DNA from: Smithellaceae bacterium
GTDB taxonomy: Bacteria; Desulfobacterota; Syntrophia; Syntrophales; Smithellaceae
NCBI GenBank assembly: GCA_963667845.2
Contig: CAXXVL010000001.1
Span: 800,001 to 864,000 of the forward strand
Direction of reading: 5' to 3'
DNA: 64,000 nucleotides
A program made the position numbers and the translations under genes. How positions within the stretch are numbered: the stretch's first letter is position 1; the number at the start of each line of letters is the position of its first letter. The notes under the pieces were generated by a model. The model was not told where the DNA came from. It searched no databases and saw nothing but the letters and a program-made list of their open reading frames with translations. Below, piece after piece: positions 10,801 through 22,670 of this stretch.

Positions 10801-11611
10801 GTTCGCTGCCGTTTTTATGCCGGACGCGGAAGCTGGCCGGTATGGACATCTCCCGGGTCATGAGGACCCGCTCGAACATTTCTCCGGCCCTGGATCGGTC
10901 GTCGGGTGTAATGTATTCCAGAGCGGTTTTGCCGACCAATTCATCGGGTCTGTAGCCGACGACCCTTTCCACGGAGGGGCTCACGTACGTGACGACACCC
11001 TCTGCATCCGTGATCAAGAGGACATCGGACGAATTCACCGTGATCTCCCGGAAATACTCCTCGCTTTTCTTGAGAGCGTTTTCCGCAACCCTGCGATCCG
11101 TGACGTTGCGAATAATCATAATGGCCTGATCTTCCAGAAGAGGGATCAATCTTGCTTCGCAGAAGTACTCCGTTCCATGGCGGAGAAGGGAATACTCAAA
11201 GCTCACGGGGGCATTTGTTCGCCTCATATCCTCCAGGGCCGGGCGGATATTTTCGGCGACCGGGGCCAGCGGAATATCGTAAATTTTCTTTCCGATCAAA
11301 TCCGGACGGGCAGTGATGAGATCGGAGGTGCTTCCGGATTTGCAGTCGAGGATCAATCCGGAACCGTCGATCCGGAAGAAGATGTCCGGAACAGCCTCGA
11401 AGATCGCCCTCATCCCGGCGCCGGCCTGCAAAAGTTCCTGAGAACTCAATTCGAGCGATCTCTCCAGCATGTTCCGGTCGCTATCTGATTCATGGTAGGC
11501 GCTGTTGACCGAATCGATAAAACCGGCCCACTCGTCGGGCACTTCAAACGCATCCCCGAAAAGTCGTTTGAGCTGGCGCTTAAGCAGGCTGTGCATTTTT
11601 ATGGACGGCAT
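7859..11611 (-). CDS. Hybrid sensor histidine kinase (PAS x5, GAF-like, HisKA, HATPase, REC)
   Basis: [11 protein letters not shown]-box, [20 protein letters not shown]-terminal receiver (VEDE, DVVMP, KPF); no TM; N-terminal [10 protein letters not shown]. Confidence 0.95.
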   Translation of the reverse strand: MPSIKMHSLLKRQLKRLFGDAFEVPDEWAGFIDSVNSAYHESDSDRNMLERSLELSSQELLQAGAGMRAIFEAVPDIFFRIDGSGLILDCKSGSTSDLITARPDLIGKKIYDIPLAPVAENIRPALEDMRRTNAPVSFEYSLLRHGTEYFCEARLIPLLEDQAIMIIRNVTDRRVAENALKKSEEYFREITVNSSDVLLITDAEGVVTYVSPSVERVVGYRPDELVGKTALEYITPDDRSRAGEMFERVLMTREMSIPASFRVRHKNGSELIMEGICKNLLHHPAIAGLVINARDVTDRKQAEEELLDNEAKLQAVLNKINTGIMIIDSSSQTILEVNKRAVEMTGLSEDKIIGQICHSLVCPAELGKCPIKDLGQTIDHSERKLLQADGSQKDILKTVHPIIIKGRKCYLESFIDISDRKLAEEALRESEKKYRLLTEKMSDVVWIADMNLRTVYVTPSIQAVLGYTQEERMQMPIEEQFTPESLSFGLNAMAGELAREKEGNADPDRKASLVLEYCHRDGTTRWMDTVIGGLRNEQGVLTGLHGVSRDITKRKMAEESLQKSEQKYRELASYHERLNDISIVFAEAAGTEAFFNKMAESLRLLTGALAATFSIYQRDARCLKLVSLSADPAAQEKLGVFFGPEVYEMRMPVSEADMASMLTEGLRRPKDLYELSFGAVSRELSDIVMEAGGCREIIALAVSYAGEVIGACAAYLPGDQPVVPDDALKTFAYLSGMAFNRKLAEETIRKSEERYRTIFESTATANIIIGEDATILMANNNFAELSGYSKQELEGKMSWTSFIHPDDLEIMKTYHTMRRTVGGSAPATYEFRYINRLGEIRDIFINVAMLPETKESVASLVDLTERKQLETQLIQAQKMESVGRLAGGVAHDFNNMLGVIIGNAEMAMKEVNRREPLYQSLHDILNAGMRSADLTRQLLAFARKQTVSPKIMDLNEMVTGMLKMLQRLIGENITLGWHPGHNLWKVRIDPSQIDQLLANLTVNARDAIGRTGKIFIETSNVTCDEAYCADRPEWVPGDFVVLTVSDSGCGIEPEALANIFEPFFTTKKEGHGTGLGLATVYGIVKQNNGFINVYSEPGQGTTFRLYLPRYQSDVPQAADDIQETEIPRGTETILIVEDEQTVLKLTKAMLEALGYNVLAAPDRNHALHLAREDRGKIHLLLTDVVMPDMNGKELSEQILAIKPGLKRLYMSGYTDDVIARQGVLEEGVKFISKPFSLQDLALKVREALEE

Positions 11612-11613
11612 GG

Positions 11614-12753
11614 TTAAGCCTCTGCAAAAGTGGTGATCGTCATCGTTTGATTGTGGAGAGTGCAGGGCGCGCCGGACAGGAAAGGCGAGATCTCCCCGTA
11701 GGAATAGAAGCCGGTCAAAGCGGGAGAGCCGCCCAGCACATCACTGACCGCTTCCACTTCTTCCTCAATTCTTTGTTTCAGCACGAGCTTCCGGCCCACG
11801 CAGCTGATGAGAATCGCCAGTTCAGGAGAGCTTCCGGAAAGCCCTTCTTGGCTGCGGACGGCCGCTTCGCTCGCGCCGTCGATGAGTCTTTCAAAATTTG
11901 CTTTCATGAACCGCGCATAAGCTCCCTCGGGAATATCCCCGGCAAAGGTCATGCTCTTTTCTTCTTCATTGACTGCGAGGATGGTACGGACAATGCCCGT
12001 TTCGCCGTTTTTTGTCCGGATGCTTAACGGGAAGAGAAGCCCGGTGGCGGGCAGCCCCTGTGCATGTTCACCCAGGTACTTCTTATATATTTCGAGTGCG
12101 GATTGTCCGTCGAGCTCATAGAGCAGGTTCTCCCTGGAACGGGTAATGATGCGCTCCGGGCCGAAGGGGTCCCATCCTCCCATGGAGCCATAACCGACTT
12201 TCAGGCTTTCTCCATACAAACCCAGGATGGCCAGGGTATTTCTGGCGGGCAGATCATCCCAAAAAACATATGTTTCTTCAAAATGGTCGCCGTTTCCGGC
12301 AAGACCTCCGGTAATGGTGACACCTTCCGGTAGATCGCTTGCCAGACCTTTTACCAGGTCGCTTCCGTTCACGCTGAGGCCGTCGGACAGAACGAACACA
12401 TGGCGCAGGCCTTCCTTTTTGATGGATTGCGCCAGCATTCTGCCCGCTTCAATGCTGCTTTCCGCCTCTTTCAGCGCGATCCTGGCGCCCATAATCTCCG
12501 TATTTTCAAAATGAATTGCCGTGGCCACCAGAGTATGATCGAAGACGCGGGTTCCGCATATTTCACCGGACGTGGAGCATCCGAAAAGATGCGCTCCCGG
12601 ATACATTTTTTTTACCTCGTCGAAGCAGGCCTTTTCTTTTAAGATGTCCGTCGCGGCAAACATAACCACGAGCTCGGCACGTCCTTTAAGGGCCGATCCA
12701 TGGAGGAGGGACCATCCCTTCGTCCGGCTCCAGACTTTCTGCTCGATTTTCAT
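11614..12753 (-). CDS. FIST (NosP-like) domain sensor protein
   Basis: GCSTSGEI, GGLAG, SCVGR, GFYSYGEI, LHNQTMT motifs; 2 bp from the kinase start. Confidence 0.93.
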   Translation of the reverse strand: MKIEQKVWSRTKGWSLLHGSALKGRAELVVMFAATDILKEKACFDEVKKMYPGAHLFGCSTSGEICGTRVFDHTLVATAIHFENTEIMGARIALKEAESSIEAGRMLAQSIKKEGLRHVFVLSDGLSVNGSDLVKGLASDLPEGVTITGGLAGNGDHFEETYVFWDDLPARNTLAILGLYGESLKVGYGSMGGWDPFGPERIITRSRENLLYELDGQSALEIYKKYLGEHAQGLPATGLLFPLSIRTKNGETGIVRTILAVNEEEKSMTFAGDIPEGAYARFMKANFERLIDGASEAAVRSQEGLSGSSPELAILISCVGRKLVLKQRIEEEVEAVSDVLGGSPALTGFYSYGEISPFLSGAPCTLHNQTMTITTFAEA

Positions 12754-12984
12754 TTCACAGCCTCCGCATCCATAATATCAGGTGGTTCATCAAAACAGCA
12801 TGATCCGGAACAAGCTGACCGCGCGAACCCGCTCAGTGGCGGACAGGATTTATCGAACGGCAGGGAACAAACCAAAATTTTTTTATCATTACCACATGTT
12901 GGGCTGGAATTCCTGAATTTTCGTTATCCAGCGGGAAGAAATTTTCGGCGCGAGAAGAGTAATCAGCTAAAAGACCGGACTGAT

Positions 12985-13689
12985 TTACGGATTTCTGATC
13001 GTCTGCAAAAGCAGCGGGAGCCCGACATTGGTCGGTCCTCCTTTCTTAAAACGAAAATCGCATATTGCATGACCGTCCGCCAGAGTCGTCGTTCGCGAAA
13101 GCCCCCAGCCGAGAGTTTCGCTCGCTGTCTTATCAAAATAACACATTAACGGCGCCAGTTCCGGCGCGCCCTGCCGTCTCAGAAAGGTGCAGCCGGCGCA
13201 CTCGGTATAATCGAGACCGTAGTCGAATGTCCGGCCATCCCCCTCGATGAAAGTCAGAACATAACCATCCGGATATTTGCGGGCCCGGGACTGGGCCGCC
13301 CGTTTCTTTATACGCCATATAAATAAAGGTGAAAACCACAGACAGCCGATCGTTTTGCAAACGAAAGACGGAATGGCCCGCAACTCCGCCTCGTTCATCC
13401 GGTAGATCATCCGGGCGGCTTCCTCAGTCTTGAGCCCGTGTCTTAAAAGCACGCGATAAATTGCCAGATAGCGGCTCGTTGGAATAAGAAAAAGCAGAAA
13501 GGGACTTCGCCTGCCGATGTAGGGAATCTGCCCAATGAGTGATTCATATTCAAGACTGCATTGGTTAACGAGTGACCGGGCCTCATGATCACCATACGCC
13601 GAAATAAGAACCTGTCGGCTGCGGGCGATTGATCTTGCGAAGGACGCGAGCAGGCGCGGTTTTTGAGACGAATAGCAGGCATCCTTCAT
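12985..13689 (-). CDS. L-2-amino-thiazoline-4-carboxylate hydrolase-like family protein
   Basis: DYTEC...MCYFD...LSRTTTLADG..CDFRF pattern. Confidence 0.75.
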   Translation of the reverse strand: MKDACYSSQKPRLLASFARSIARSRQVLISAYGDHEARSLVNQCSLEYESLIGQIPYIGRRSPFLLFLIPTSRYLAIYRVLLRHGLKTEEAARMIYRMNEAELRAIPSFVCKTIGCLWFSPLFIWRIKKRAAQSRARKYPDGYVLTFIEGDGRTFDYGLDYTECAGCTFLRRQGAPELAPLMCYFDKTASETLGWGLSRTTTLADGHAICDFRFKKGGPTNVGLPLLLQTIRNP

Positions 13690-13736
13690 TTAAATCCCTC
13701 CGGTCATCGTGGGGCGAATCTCTCAATAAAGCGTTT

Positions 13737-13835
13737 AATCCCGCTCACGCGGGACGAGCGTTAATTCCCTGCCGCTTGCCGCGAAATAATGACGTTCATT
13801 TCATACCCCGACAGCTTGCCGCAAGGCGGTTGACT
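13737..13835 (+). repeat. Palindromic interspersed repeat, long form (copy 1)
   Basis: AATCCCGCTCACGCGGGACGAGCGTTAATT...GCTTGCCGCG...CAGCTTGCCGCAAGGCGGTTGA; matches five other loci. Confidence 0.88.
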
Positions 13836-13979
13836 GGGCAATCGAAATGAAAACGGGATTTCCAAAAGACGAGTGCCGGCGCGCCATGAGGTTGCTCGTC
13901 GATCGGGGTTAAGTCAAAATAAATTGTCAAAATGGGTCACGGTAATGTGATGCTGTCCGGAGGGCAGGCGAGCGCAAAT

Positions 13980-16900
13980 TCAGATATTCTTTTTTGCCGC
14001 CAGCGCTTCCATCACTTTGGCTGCCAGAGACTTGATGGTGAAGGGTTTCTGTATGAACTGTACGCCTTCTTCCAGCACGCCGTGATGAGCGATCACGTCC
14101 GCCGTATAACCGGACATGAAGATCAAATTAATGTCCGGTCGTATTTCCAGCACTCTGTTTCTTAATTCCTTTCCGCTGATACCCGGCATCACGACGTCGG
14201 AAATCACCAGGTCAATGCAGGCGTCCGGATCTTTACAATATTCGATGGCTTCCATCGGCTTTTCGACGGACCTTACCGTATACCCGAGGGATTCCAGAAT
14301 CCCTTTGGTAATCTGAAGGACCATGGCGTCATCTTCGACCAGCAGAATATTTCCTGTGCCGGTGATTTTCAGCTCTTCTTCCGATTCAAGCAGAATGGCG
14401 TTTTGTCCTTCTGCCCGTGGCAGGTAGATGCTGAAAGTTGTTCCGTGAGCCGGTTCGCTGTAAACATTGACGAAGCCGTTATTTTGTTTAACGATGCCGT
14501 AGACCGTCGCGAGGCCCAGCCCCGTGCCTTTGCCCACATCCTTGGTAGTGAAGAAAGGCTCAAAAATATGCTGCAGTGTTTCTTTATCCATACCCACGCC
14601 GTTGTCGCTGAAAGACAAGCGGACATAATGACCGGGAATGCAATCGATGTTCTTTTCGCAGTAAGAATCGTCGAGGACGGTATTGACGGTTTCAATGGTC
14701 AACTGGCCTCCGCCGGGCATGGCATCGCGGGCATTAACGGCAAGATTGATGAGAATCTGCTCAATTTGCGACGGGTCAAACTTAATCGGCCAGAGGTGCT
14801 CTCCCATGACCACCTGCAGGCCGACGTCTTCACCGATCAGGCGGATCAGTGCTTTTTGCGTATGGGCGACCAGATCGTTCAAGTCAATGACTTTAGGCTC
14901 AATGATCTGCTTGCGGGAAAAAGCCAGGAGTTGGGTGGTGATGTCCCGGGAACGGATGGCGGCTTTTTCAATTTCGGCAATATCTTTTAGGACCGGATGA
15001 AGGCTGCCCAGGCGCAGTTTGGCCAGGTCCGCGTAGCCCAGGATGACGCTCAGCATGTTGTTGAAATCATGCGCCACGCCGCCGGCCAGGCGACCGACGA
15101 TTTCCATCTTCTGGGACTGCATGAGCTGCGCTTCCAGTTTATCTTTTTCCTCTCGCGCTTTTTTGCCCTCCGTAATGTCCCGGCCGGCCATCAGCATGCC
15201 GGTGGCTTTGCCCTGTGTATTCCGCATAAAAGTGGCGGTGACTTCGATCCAGACCGTGTTACCGTTTTTGCAGAGGATTTCCTGTTCCACGGTCCGGGAC
15301 CGGTTCGGATCCGCAGCCTCTGCGCTGTCTTCCAGCGCCAATTCTTCCGTCACCGCGTTTATCGCCAGGGTGAGCGATTCCGGCATAAGCAACTGATCGA
15401 GAGGAAGAGCGATCAGTTCGTCCGGCGTGTAGCCGGTCAGAGAAAAGCACGACGGGCTCATGTAAGTGAATCGCAGATTCGTGTCCGTCGTCCAGACGAC
15501 CTCCTTCATATTTTCGATGATCATCCGGTAGCGTTGTTCACTGTCCCTGAGTGCTTCCTGAATCTTTCGGCGAGCCGTAATGTCTCTCGCGACAAGCATG
15601 ATTTCCTCGGGTTTGCCGTGTTCATCGCGCGTTAACGTTGCCGTTACTTCCGCCCAGGTGGTTCCGCCCTTCTTGTGAAATAGTTCCAGCTCTAAGGTTT
15701 TCGTGATGGGATCATTAAATGTTGTTCTTTTTTTCTCCCTCTCCAGTTCCTCCACGAATATGTCGGTGATCAGCGATAAAGATCCGGGCGTCAGCAGCTT
15801 GTTGATGCGAACGTGCTTCACTTCCTCTTTTGTGTAGCCCGTTAACTCGAGATTATCGCTGCTGACATACGTGAACTGAAGATTGAAATCCATAAGGCAG
15901 ATGACGTCCTGCATGTTCTCGACAATCATCCGGTAAAGCCGCTCGCTTTCCGCCAATGCTCTCTCCGCGTTCCTGCGTGCGGTGATATCTCTGGCGGTCA
16001 GAATGATGGCGATCGGCGTTCCGCCTTTATCGCGCTCAAAGACGGCATTCACTTCCTGCCAGATGGTGCCGCCGTTTTTATGATATGCTTCCAGCTCGAC
16101 AGTAAGCATGCGATCCGGATCAACAGGTTCTCCGCTGAATTCCCGCTCAAGCTCCAGGGCCAGAACATTTTCAGCCAGCGCGTAGGACTCCGGCGTCAAC
16201 TGGTCTTTAATCGGGATGGCCATGATTTCTTCACGGGTATAGCCGGTGACCCTGATCTCCGACGGGCTTTGATAGACATAATGCAAATCCAGGTCAAGGA
16301 TGGCGATGCTGTCATGCGTATTTTCCACGATCGTCCGATAGCGTTGTTCACTTTCGGCAAGGGCTTTCTCCATATTGCGGCGCTGTGTGATATTTCTTCC
16401 GACGGCAAGAATTTCCGTGGCTTTTCCATTGGCATCACGGTTGAAGGTGGCGTTCACTTCCAGCCAGACATTATCACCCAATTTGGAGAACACTTCAATT
16501 TGAAGAGTTCGGGAGCGTTTCGGATCAACCGGTCGACCGTTCGCCTCCTGGGCCAGTTCTTCGGACAGGAGGCGGCCGACCAGAGCCAGGGAATCGGGCG
16601 CGATGATGCTGTCGAGGGGCTTGTTCTGGATTTCTTCCGGAGCAAAGCCGGTCAGCTGCATATTCGACGGGCTGACATAAGTGATTTGCAGATCGAGATC
16701 AACGATCCAGACGATGTCGTTAACGTTTTCCGTCATCGTCCGATAGCGCTTTTCGCTCTCCTTAAGTGCATTTTCGGCATTCTTTCTCTCGGTGATGTTC
16801 TGCATGAAACTGAGCACCGCGGGCTTTCCCTTATAGGTCGTATCGACGGACGTTACCAGCAGATAGAGCAATTTACGGTCGGGCCGAAAGACGCGGATTT

Positions 16901-19265
16901 CGAACTTGCTGGGGGGTGATTCGCCCCGCAGATGTTTGCTGTAGTATTCTTTTAGCATTTGCACGTCATCGGGATGAACAAGGGTGCCCAGGGGCTCTCC
17001 TCCGACGCGAGACTCTTTCGGAATGCCCAGCGTTCGCAGAAATTGCTCGTTGTAATAAACATAACGGCCGTCCTGGACGATGGTAACGCCGTCGCTGGTG
17101 CTTTCCAACGTTTTACGATAGATGGCTTCGCTTTCTTCCAGGGCTTTCTGGACTTTCTTCCTCTCCGTGATGACTCGGGTGACGCCGACGATTTCAACGG
17201 GCTTGCCCTTTTCGTCCCGGTTGAAATTGGCGCTGACCTCTACCCAGATCCTGGTTCCGTTTTTGTGCAGGAGCGGTATCTCGAAGGTTGCCGCTCCCGG
17301 GCCATCCGTTGCGGTTCCCGCTCTCTCGCGGGCAAGCTCTTCGGCCAGTCTCTTTTCGATGAGGGCGTAAGTTTCGGGAGGCAGCATGGCCTTGAGGGGT
17401 ATCTCGAGGATTTCCTCCGGTGTAAAGCCGGTTATTCTCAGGACGGACGGACTCAAATACGTCCAGTGGAGACTGAAGTCCATCGTCCAGATGATGTCGC
17501 TGATATTATCCGTGATCATGCGCAGACGCTTTTCTCTGTCCTTTATGATCCGTTCGTCTTGCAGTCTTTGCGTCACATCCCGGCCGATAATACTGAACCC
17601 GAGCGGTTCTCCGAGCGGGGAGCGCATAAGCGATATCGACACTTCAGTGTAAATGATCTGTCCATGTTTGGTCAGGACCGCATGTTCAAACAGGGTTTTC
17701 TTGTGCCCGGTCCGATAGACTTCATTAAAAGCCTGGAAAACGCGCTGGATTTTATTTGCCGGGATCGCGCGCTTGTAGTTGAATGTTTGCATCTCCTCCC
17801 GGGAGTAGCCCATCAGGCGGCAAAACGAGTCATTGAAGAAAAGATAGTTGCCCTGAAGGTCCGTCTCCAGGTAGGTCTCTTCCATATTTTCCAGAATATG
17901 GCGGTATTTTTCTTCACTTCTGCGTCGCGCGTCTTCGGCCTTCCTGCGCTCGGTGATGTCCCTGACGAGGACACGAAATCCGCTTGGCTTGCCCGATTCA
18001 TCGCGTATCAGCGCGACATTCTGCTGATGGGTCCGGATCGACCCGTCTTGGGAAACCACGTCATAATCCAGCGTCGCTGTGGCAAGCTCGTTCTTGAATA
18101 TTTTGCGATAGACGTCCCGGACAAGTTCAAGTGACTCTTCGGTGGTGTAATGGTCGTAAAAAGTTCCGATGAGATCTTTGCGTTCATAACCGACCAGGGC
18201 GCAGCCGGCGTCATTGACAAAGGTCGTGATGCCGTGGATATCCGTTTCGAAATACCCTTCACCCATGATCTCCAGGATGGTCCGGTATTTTTCTTCACTG
18301 ACCCGTTTTTCGTATTCCGCTCTTTTGCGCCAGGAAACATCCCTGGTCAGGATGCGGAATCCGGAGGGCTTCCCGGATGCATCGTGCTTAAGAGCGGTGT
18401 TGATTTCGTAAGTGATGATTGACCCGTCCTTGCGCACAAGGTCGTAATCAAGCAGCCGCTCCGGTTCGCCCGTGCGATAGACCCGTCGAAACATATCCTC
18501 CATTTTGCGGGCGACGGCGGGAGTCAGGTATTCTCTGTAGTGCATGCCGATCAGACGCTCGTTCGTATATCCCATCAGGCGGCACGTTGCGTCGTTGACA
18601 AAGGTGATTCGCCCTGTGAGACTGCTCTCGATATACCCCTCTTCCATAATATCGAGAATCGTCCGGTATTTTTCTTCGTTTTCCTTGAGTTCGTTCCGGG
18701 TCTGCACTCGCAGGGAGATATCGCGAACGACGCCGCGAAAGCCGATGGGTTTGCCGGCCTCATCGCACATCAGGGCAACCGAGGCTTCGACGCTGACTTT
18801 ATCCTTGTTTTTTTTCAGGATCTGCCAGTCGAACCCCTTAATAGGTGTACCGGTAAGAAACACCTGGTGAAAAGCTTCGTAAACTTTCTCACCGCTAACT
18901 TCGTCGACGAGCTTACGATAGTTAATTCCGCGGAGTTCATCGTGGCTGTAACCCAAATCCCGGACCATGGTGTCGTTGAAAAAAAGCAGGTTGCCGCTCA
19001 GATCGACTTCAAAATACGATTCTTCAATGGTGTCGAGAATGTCACGATAACGCCGGGCGTCATCGGTCAGGCCGGCTTTTACCTGCCCCGAAACTGAGAG
19101 CTTTTTTTTGGTTTTCTTGAGGAGTTTATTGACGGCATCGGCGATCAATCCCAGATCGTCGTCTTTGGAAGCAAAATCAATTCTTTGAGAATAGTCGCCG
19201 GCCGCGGCTTTTTTGAGGGCGTGGAGAATTGTTTCAATGCGATCTTTTTTAGATTTCGCTGTCAT
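13980..19265 (-). CDS. Large cytoplasmic hybrid histidine kinase (HAMP-like, 10 PAS/PAC, HisKA, HATPase, REC)
   Basis: Ten repeats starting (Y/L)R.I/T/M.(D/E) and ending near RDITxRK; AHDFNN, GTGLGL, receiver domain. Confidence 0.95.
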   Translation of the reverse strand: MTAKSKKDRIETILHALKKAAAGDYSQRIDFASKDDDLGLIADAVNKLLKKTKKKLSVSGQVKAGLTDDARRYRDILDTIEESYFEVDLSGNLLFFNDTMVRDLGYSHDELRGINYRKLVDEVSGEKVYEAFHQVFLTGTPIKGFDWQILKKNKDKVSVEASVALMCDEAGKPIGFRGVVRDISLRVQTRNELKENEEKYRTILDIMEEGYIESSLTGRITFVNDATCRLMGYTNERLIGMHYREYLTPAVARKMEDMFRRVYRTGEPERLLDYDLVRKDGSIITYEINTALKHDASGKPSGFRILTRDVSWRKRAEYEKRVSEEKYRTILEIMGEGYFETDIHGITTFVNDAGCALVGYERKDLIGTFYDHYTTEESLELVRDVYRKIFKNELATATLDYDVVSQDGSIRTHQQNVALIRDESGKPSGFRVLVRDITERRKAEDARRRSEEKYRHILENMEETYLETDLQGNYLFFNDSFCRLMGYSREEMQTFNYKRAIPANKIQRVFQAFNEVYRTGHKKTLFEHAVLTKHGQIIYTEVSISLMRSPLGEPLGFSIIGRDVTQRLQDERIIKDREKRLRMITDNISDIIWTMDFSLHWTYLSPSVLRITGFTPEEILEIPLKAMLPPETYALIEKRLAEELARERAGTATDGPGAATFEIPLLHKNGTRIWVEVSANFNRDEKGKPVEIVGVTRVITERKKVQKALEESEAIYRKTLESTSDGVTIVQDGRYVYYNEQFLRTLGIPKESRVGGEPLGTLVHPDDVQMLKEYYSKHLRGESPPSKFEIRVFRPDRKLLYLLVTSVDTTYKGKPAVLSFMQNITERKNAENALKESEKRYRTMTENVNDIVWIVDLDLQITYVSPSNMQLTGFAPEEIQNKPLDSIIAPDSLALVGRLLSEELAQEANGRPVDPKRSRTLQIEVFSKLGDNVWLEVNATFNRDANGKATEILAVGRNITQRRNMEKALAESEQRYRTIVENTHDSIAILDLDLHYVYQSPSEIRVTGYTREEIMAIPIKDQLTPESYALAENVLALELEREFSGEPVDPDRMLTVELEAYHKNGGTIWQEVNAVFERDKGGTPIAIILTARDITARRNAERALAESERLYRMIVENMQDVICLMDFNLQFTYVSSDNLELTGYTKEEVKHVRINKLLTPGSLSLITDIFVEELEREKKRTTFNDPITKTLELELFHKKGGTTWAEVTATLTRDEHGKPEEIMLVARDITARRKIQEALRDSEQRYRMIIENMKEVVWTTDTNLRFTYMSPSCFSLTGYTPDELIALPLDQLLMPESLTLAINAVTEELALEDSAEAADPNRSRTVEQEILCKNGNTVWIEVTATFMRNTQGKATGMLMAGRDITEGKKAREEKDKLEAQLMQSQKMEIVGRLAGGVAHDFNNMLSVILGYADLAKLRLGSLHPVLKDIAEIEKAAIRSRDITTQLLAFSRKQIIEPKVIDLNDLVAHTQKALIRLIGEDVGLQVVMGEHLWPIKFDPSQIEQILINLAVNARDAMPGGGQLTIETVNTVLDDSYCEKNIDCIPGHYVRLSFSDNGVGMDKETLQHIFEPFFTTKDVGKGTGLGLATVYGIVKQNNGFVNVYSEPAHGTTFSIYLPRAEGQNAILLESEEELKITGTGNILLVEDDAMVLQITKGILESLGYTVRSVEKPMEAIEYCKDPDACIDLVISDVVMPGISGKELRNRVLEIRPDINLIFMSGYTADVIAHHGVLEEGVQFIQKPFTIKSLAAKVMEALAAKKNI

Positions 19266-19408
19266 GGTCCGGCACCTGTTCGCGGATCAACTCTACATGA
19301 GTTATCGCGCGAGAGCAAGCCCTAATGCTATTAAATATCAGTTGAAATACACCAAAACCTAAACGGCCGATTGCATCCCCGGCCCGACTGTGGTAAGCCT
19401 CGCCCTCC

Positions 19409-19468
19409 AATCAACCACTTCGCAGCAAGCTGCGGAGAATTAACACTCGTCCCGCGTAAGCGGGGTAA
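19409..19468 (-). repeat. Palindromic interspersed repeat, short form, inverted (copy 2)
   Basis: AATCAACCACTTCGCAGCAAGCTGCGGAGAATTAACACTCGTCCCGCGTAAGCGGG is the reverse complement of the family consensus. Confidence 0.85.
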
Positions 19469-19485
19469 ATCGATAAAGGATTGCC

Positions 19486-21777
19486 ATGAATTCATCCCGA
19501 TATGCAACAATCGCCGGCGAATTGAATATTGCGGCCGGACAGGTAGCAGATACGGCAGCCATGCTGGCCGAAGGGGCGACCGTCCCTTTTATCGCCCGCT
19601 ATCGCAAAGAAGTAACCGGATCGCTCGATGAAGTTGTCGTGACGGCCATCCGTGACCGGCTGGCCCAGCTCGAAGAACTGGAAACCCGCCGCACAGCCGT
19701 TTTAAAATCGCTCACCGAGCGGAATTTGCTGACCCCGGAACTGGAAGCGAAAGTCTTCGCTGCGGAAACGTTGTCTGTTCTGGAAGATATTTATCTGCCG
19801 TTTCGTCCCAAGCGCCGCACGCGGGCGACCATTGCCCGGGAAAAAGGGCTTGCGGATCTCGCGACAAAAATATTTGCACAGGATGATATTGACCCGGCCC
19901 AGTTCGCCGCTTCCTTTGTGAGTGAAGCCAGCGGAGTGGCTACCGTGGAAGAAGCCCTGGCGGGAGCGCGCGACATCATTGCCGAATGGGTGAATGAAGA
20001 TGCGGGTGCACGGGCAAAAATGCGCGAGCTGTTCTGGAATAAAGGCGTTATCCGGTCGAAGGTTTTGCCGGACAAGCTGGAAGCCGGCATCAAATACAAG
20101 GACTATTATGACTGGGAAGAGCCGGTCGCAACTGCGCCCTCGCACCGCGTCCTGGCCATGCGCCGGGGCGAGCGCGAAGAATTTCTGACGGTTTCGATGA
20201 CGCCTCCCGAAGAAGAAGCAAAACTGATCCTGGAGGATCTTTTCGTCCATGCCGCCAATGAAACGGCTTGCCAGGTGAAGATTGCGGTGCACGACAGCTA
20301 CAAACGTCTGCTGTCGCTTTCGATGGAGACGGAGACCCGGATGGAGTCCAAAAAGCGGGCGGATGAGACCGCGATCCGGGTTTTTGCCGACAATCTGCGA
20401 CAGCTGCTTCTGGCGCCGCCGATGGGGCAGAAGGCCGTACTGGCCATTGATCCCGGTTTCCGCACGGGCTGCAAAACGGTGTGCCTGGACGCGCAGGGGA
20501 AGTTGCTGCATCACGAAACCATCTTTCTGCTTTCTGAGAAAGGGCACGACGACGCCTCGCGCACGGTCAGAGCGCTGTGCGAAAAATTTCAGATCGAAGC
20601 CATTGCAGTCGGCAACGGTACCGCGGGGCGGGAGACGGAAAGCTTTCTGCGGAGTCTGGAACTCCCCAAGGAAATTTTGGTCGTCATGGTCAATGAAAGC
20701 GGCGCATCAATCTATTCGGCCTCCGAGGCGGCCAGGAGTGAATTCCCCGATCAGGACATCACCGTGCGCGGCGCGGTTTCCATCGGCCGCCGCTTAATGG
20801 ATCCGCTTGCGGAGCTTGTTAAAATCGAGCCCAAAGCCATCGGCGTGGGACAGTATCAGCATGATGTCGATCAGGGCCTCTTGCAGCAGTGCCTGGATGA
20901 TGTCGTCGTCAGCTCAGTGAATGCCGTCGGTGTCGAAGTCAATACAGCGAGTGTCCAGCTTTTGTCGTATGTGTCCGGCCTGGGGCCGGCGCTTGCGGAA
21001 AATATCGTCAAGCATCGCGATGAAAATGGACCGTTTGCGACGCGCGAGGCCCTCAAGAAAGTGAAGCGCCTCGGGGTCAAGGCTTTCGAACAGGCCGCGG
21101 GATTTCTGCGCGTGCACGGCAGCTTAAATCCGCTGGATGCGAGCGCCGTTCATCCGGAAAGCTATGCGATTGTGGAAAAAATAGCGGCGGACCAGGGCTG
21201 CACGGTTCCTGAACTGATGGAGGATGAAATCCTACGGCAGAAAGTCGTTTTGACGGATTATGTGACCGGAAACATCGGTTTGCCGACGCTGAAAGACATT
21301 ATGGCGGAACTGGCGAAGCCCGGCCGGGACCCCCGGCGCCAGTTTGAAAATGTTGTTTTTGCCGAAGGCATCGACAAGATCACCGACCTGATTCCCGGCA
21401 TGAAGCTGACGGGCGTTGTCACCAACATCACGGCCTTCGGCGCGTTTGTCGATATCGGTGTTCATCAGGACGGGCTGGTTCATTTGAGCGAAATGGCCGA
21501 CCGTTTTGTGAAGACGCCTGCGGATGTCGTAAAGGTCAGCCAGAAAGTCGAGGTGACCGTCCTGGCGGTGGATGCACAGCGCAAGCGGATTTCCCTGTCC
21601 ATGAAAAAAACACCGGGTGAAAAAAATAAGCCGGAAAAAACTGAAGAGAAAACGCCCGCCGCAGAACGGAAGATCGAGCCCGGCAGATCAGAGCGGCGCC
21701 CGGGAAAAAAACCGGGCAGGGAAGCGCCCAAACCTTTTAATAATCCTTTCGCCGAAGCGCTGAAGAAGAGGGGATAA
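19486..21777 (+). CDS. tex: Tex family RNA-binding transcriptional accessory protein
   Basis: GATVPFIARYRKE, DPGFRTGCK, IGVGQYQHDV, HhH motifs, C-terminal S1 domain. Confidence 0.97.
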   Translation: MNSSRYATIAGELNIAAGQVADTAAMLAEGATVPFIARYRKEVTGSLDEVVVTAIRDRLAQLEELETRRTAVLKSLTERNLLTPELEAKVFAAETLSVLEDIYLPFRPKRRTRATIAREKGLADLATKIFAQDDIDPAQFAASFVSEASGVATVEEALAGARDIIAEWVNEDAGARAKMRELFWNKGVIRSKVLPDKLEAGIKYKDYYDWEEPVATAPSHRVLAMRRGEREEFLTVSMTPPEEEAKLILEDLFVHAANETACQVKIAVHDSYKRLLSLSMETETRMESKKRADETAIRVFADNLRQLLLAPPMGQKAVLAIDPGFRTGCKTVCLDAQGKLLHHETIFLLSEKGHDDASRTVRALCEKFQIEAIAVGNGTAGRETESFLRSLELPKEILVVMVNESGASIYSASEAARSEFPDQDITVRGAVSIGRRLMDPLAELVKIEPKAIGVGQYQHDVDQGLLQQCLDDVVVSSVNAVGVEVNTASVQLLSYVSGLGPALAENIVKHRDENGPFATREALKKVKRLGVKAFEQAAGFLRVHGSLNPLDASAVHPESYAIVEKIAADQGCTVPELMEDEILRQKVVLTDYVTGNIGLPTLKDIMAELAKPGRDPRRQFENVVFAEGIDKITDLIPGMKLTGVVTNITAFGAFVDIGVHQDGLVHLSEMADRFVKTPADVVKVSQKVEVTVLAVDAQRKRISLSMKKTPGEKNKPEKTEEKTPAAERKIEPGRSERRPGKKPGREAPKPFNNPFAEALKKRG

Positions 21778-22075
21778 TAGCATTCATTTTATGCAGGGGG
21801 GAATTACATCGAAACCCCCGGCACATCCCGGTCGGCAAAATTTCCATTTGACTATTTGGCTTGCGCAATCATGCTGATTGCTCTGAAAAAAAACTTCGCA
21901 CTCAACCCGCAAGATGTTCAATCCGCATCAGGGAGTCCCCGGCAGAGCCCGAAAAATATTCTTTTCATTTGACTGACCTGGATACTTCTCTTATATTCTC
22001 TTTAGTAAAGCAAATAGCGGCAGGTCAGCCTTTGCCCATTCAACCGTTCATGATCTTCGGAAGGAGATAAACAAG

Positions 22076-22597
22076 ATGCTGCATAATAAAAAAAACAGGG
22101 TCTACGCGCTCGTCACGGCGGCGGTGCTCTGCCTATTGCCGTTTACCCTCTCTTATGCCGCCCAGACAGGCGGTTCGGCTCTTTCCGCCGCACTGTCCAA
22201 AGTTAAGATGCTTGCGGACCTGACCTCTGCCGAGAGGAATGCACTGCAGTCGGCGGCCAAACTACACCATGCTCAGGCAGGACTGTGCCTGACCAGGAAA
22301 GGCGCGGCGCTCGACAGAATGTTCATCGTTTTGGACGGAGAGGCCGAAGTCCGGGTGAACGGCGAGTTTGTGACCGCACTGTCGGGGCAGTTCCTGGTCG
22401 GCGAGGCCGAATATCTCGACCAGGCGCCGGTGTTCGCCGACGTCACGCTGGTTGAGGAAGCGGATATCATCGAATTGCAGAACGACGAGCTGACGCGTCT
22501 GATGGAAAGCCAGCCGCATATCGGCTACGTCATCATGCGCGGGATCGCCCGCATTGAGGGCAAGCGCCTGCGCGCCACGACGACAGCGGGGAAGTGA
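22076..22597 (+). CDS. Stand-alone cyclic-nucleotide-binding domain protein with signal peptide
   Basis: MFIVLDGEAEV...GQFLVGE CNB fold motifs; hydrophobic N-terminus ending SYA-A; no HTH. Confidence 0.75.
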   Translation: MLHNKKNRVYALVTAAVLCLLPFTLSYAAQTGGSALSAALSKVKMLADLTSAERNALQSAAKLHHAQAGLCLTRKGAALDRMFIVLDGEAEVRVNGEFVTALSGQFLVGEAEYLDQAPVFADVTLVEEADIIELQNDELTRLMESQPHIGYVIMRGIARIEGKRLRATTTAGK

Positions 22598-22670
22598 ACG
22601 GGAATTATTTTATGGAACCGCCGCGCAGGGATTTATCATGAGTCTTTAATCAATAAAGGAGTTTTACACC

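Noticed and set aside
16959..18134. Long antisense ORFs (also 1462-2343, 22821-23753, 28460-29749, 37353-38603, 47832-48971, 51563-52474)
   Set aside because: Shadow frames opposite well-supported genes in GC-rich DNA, with no recognisable motifs.
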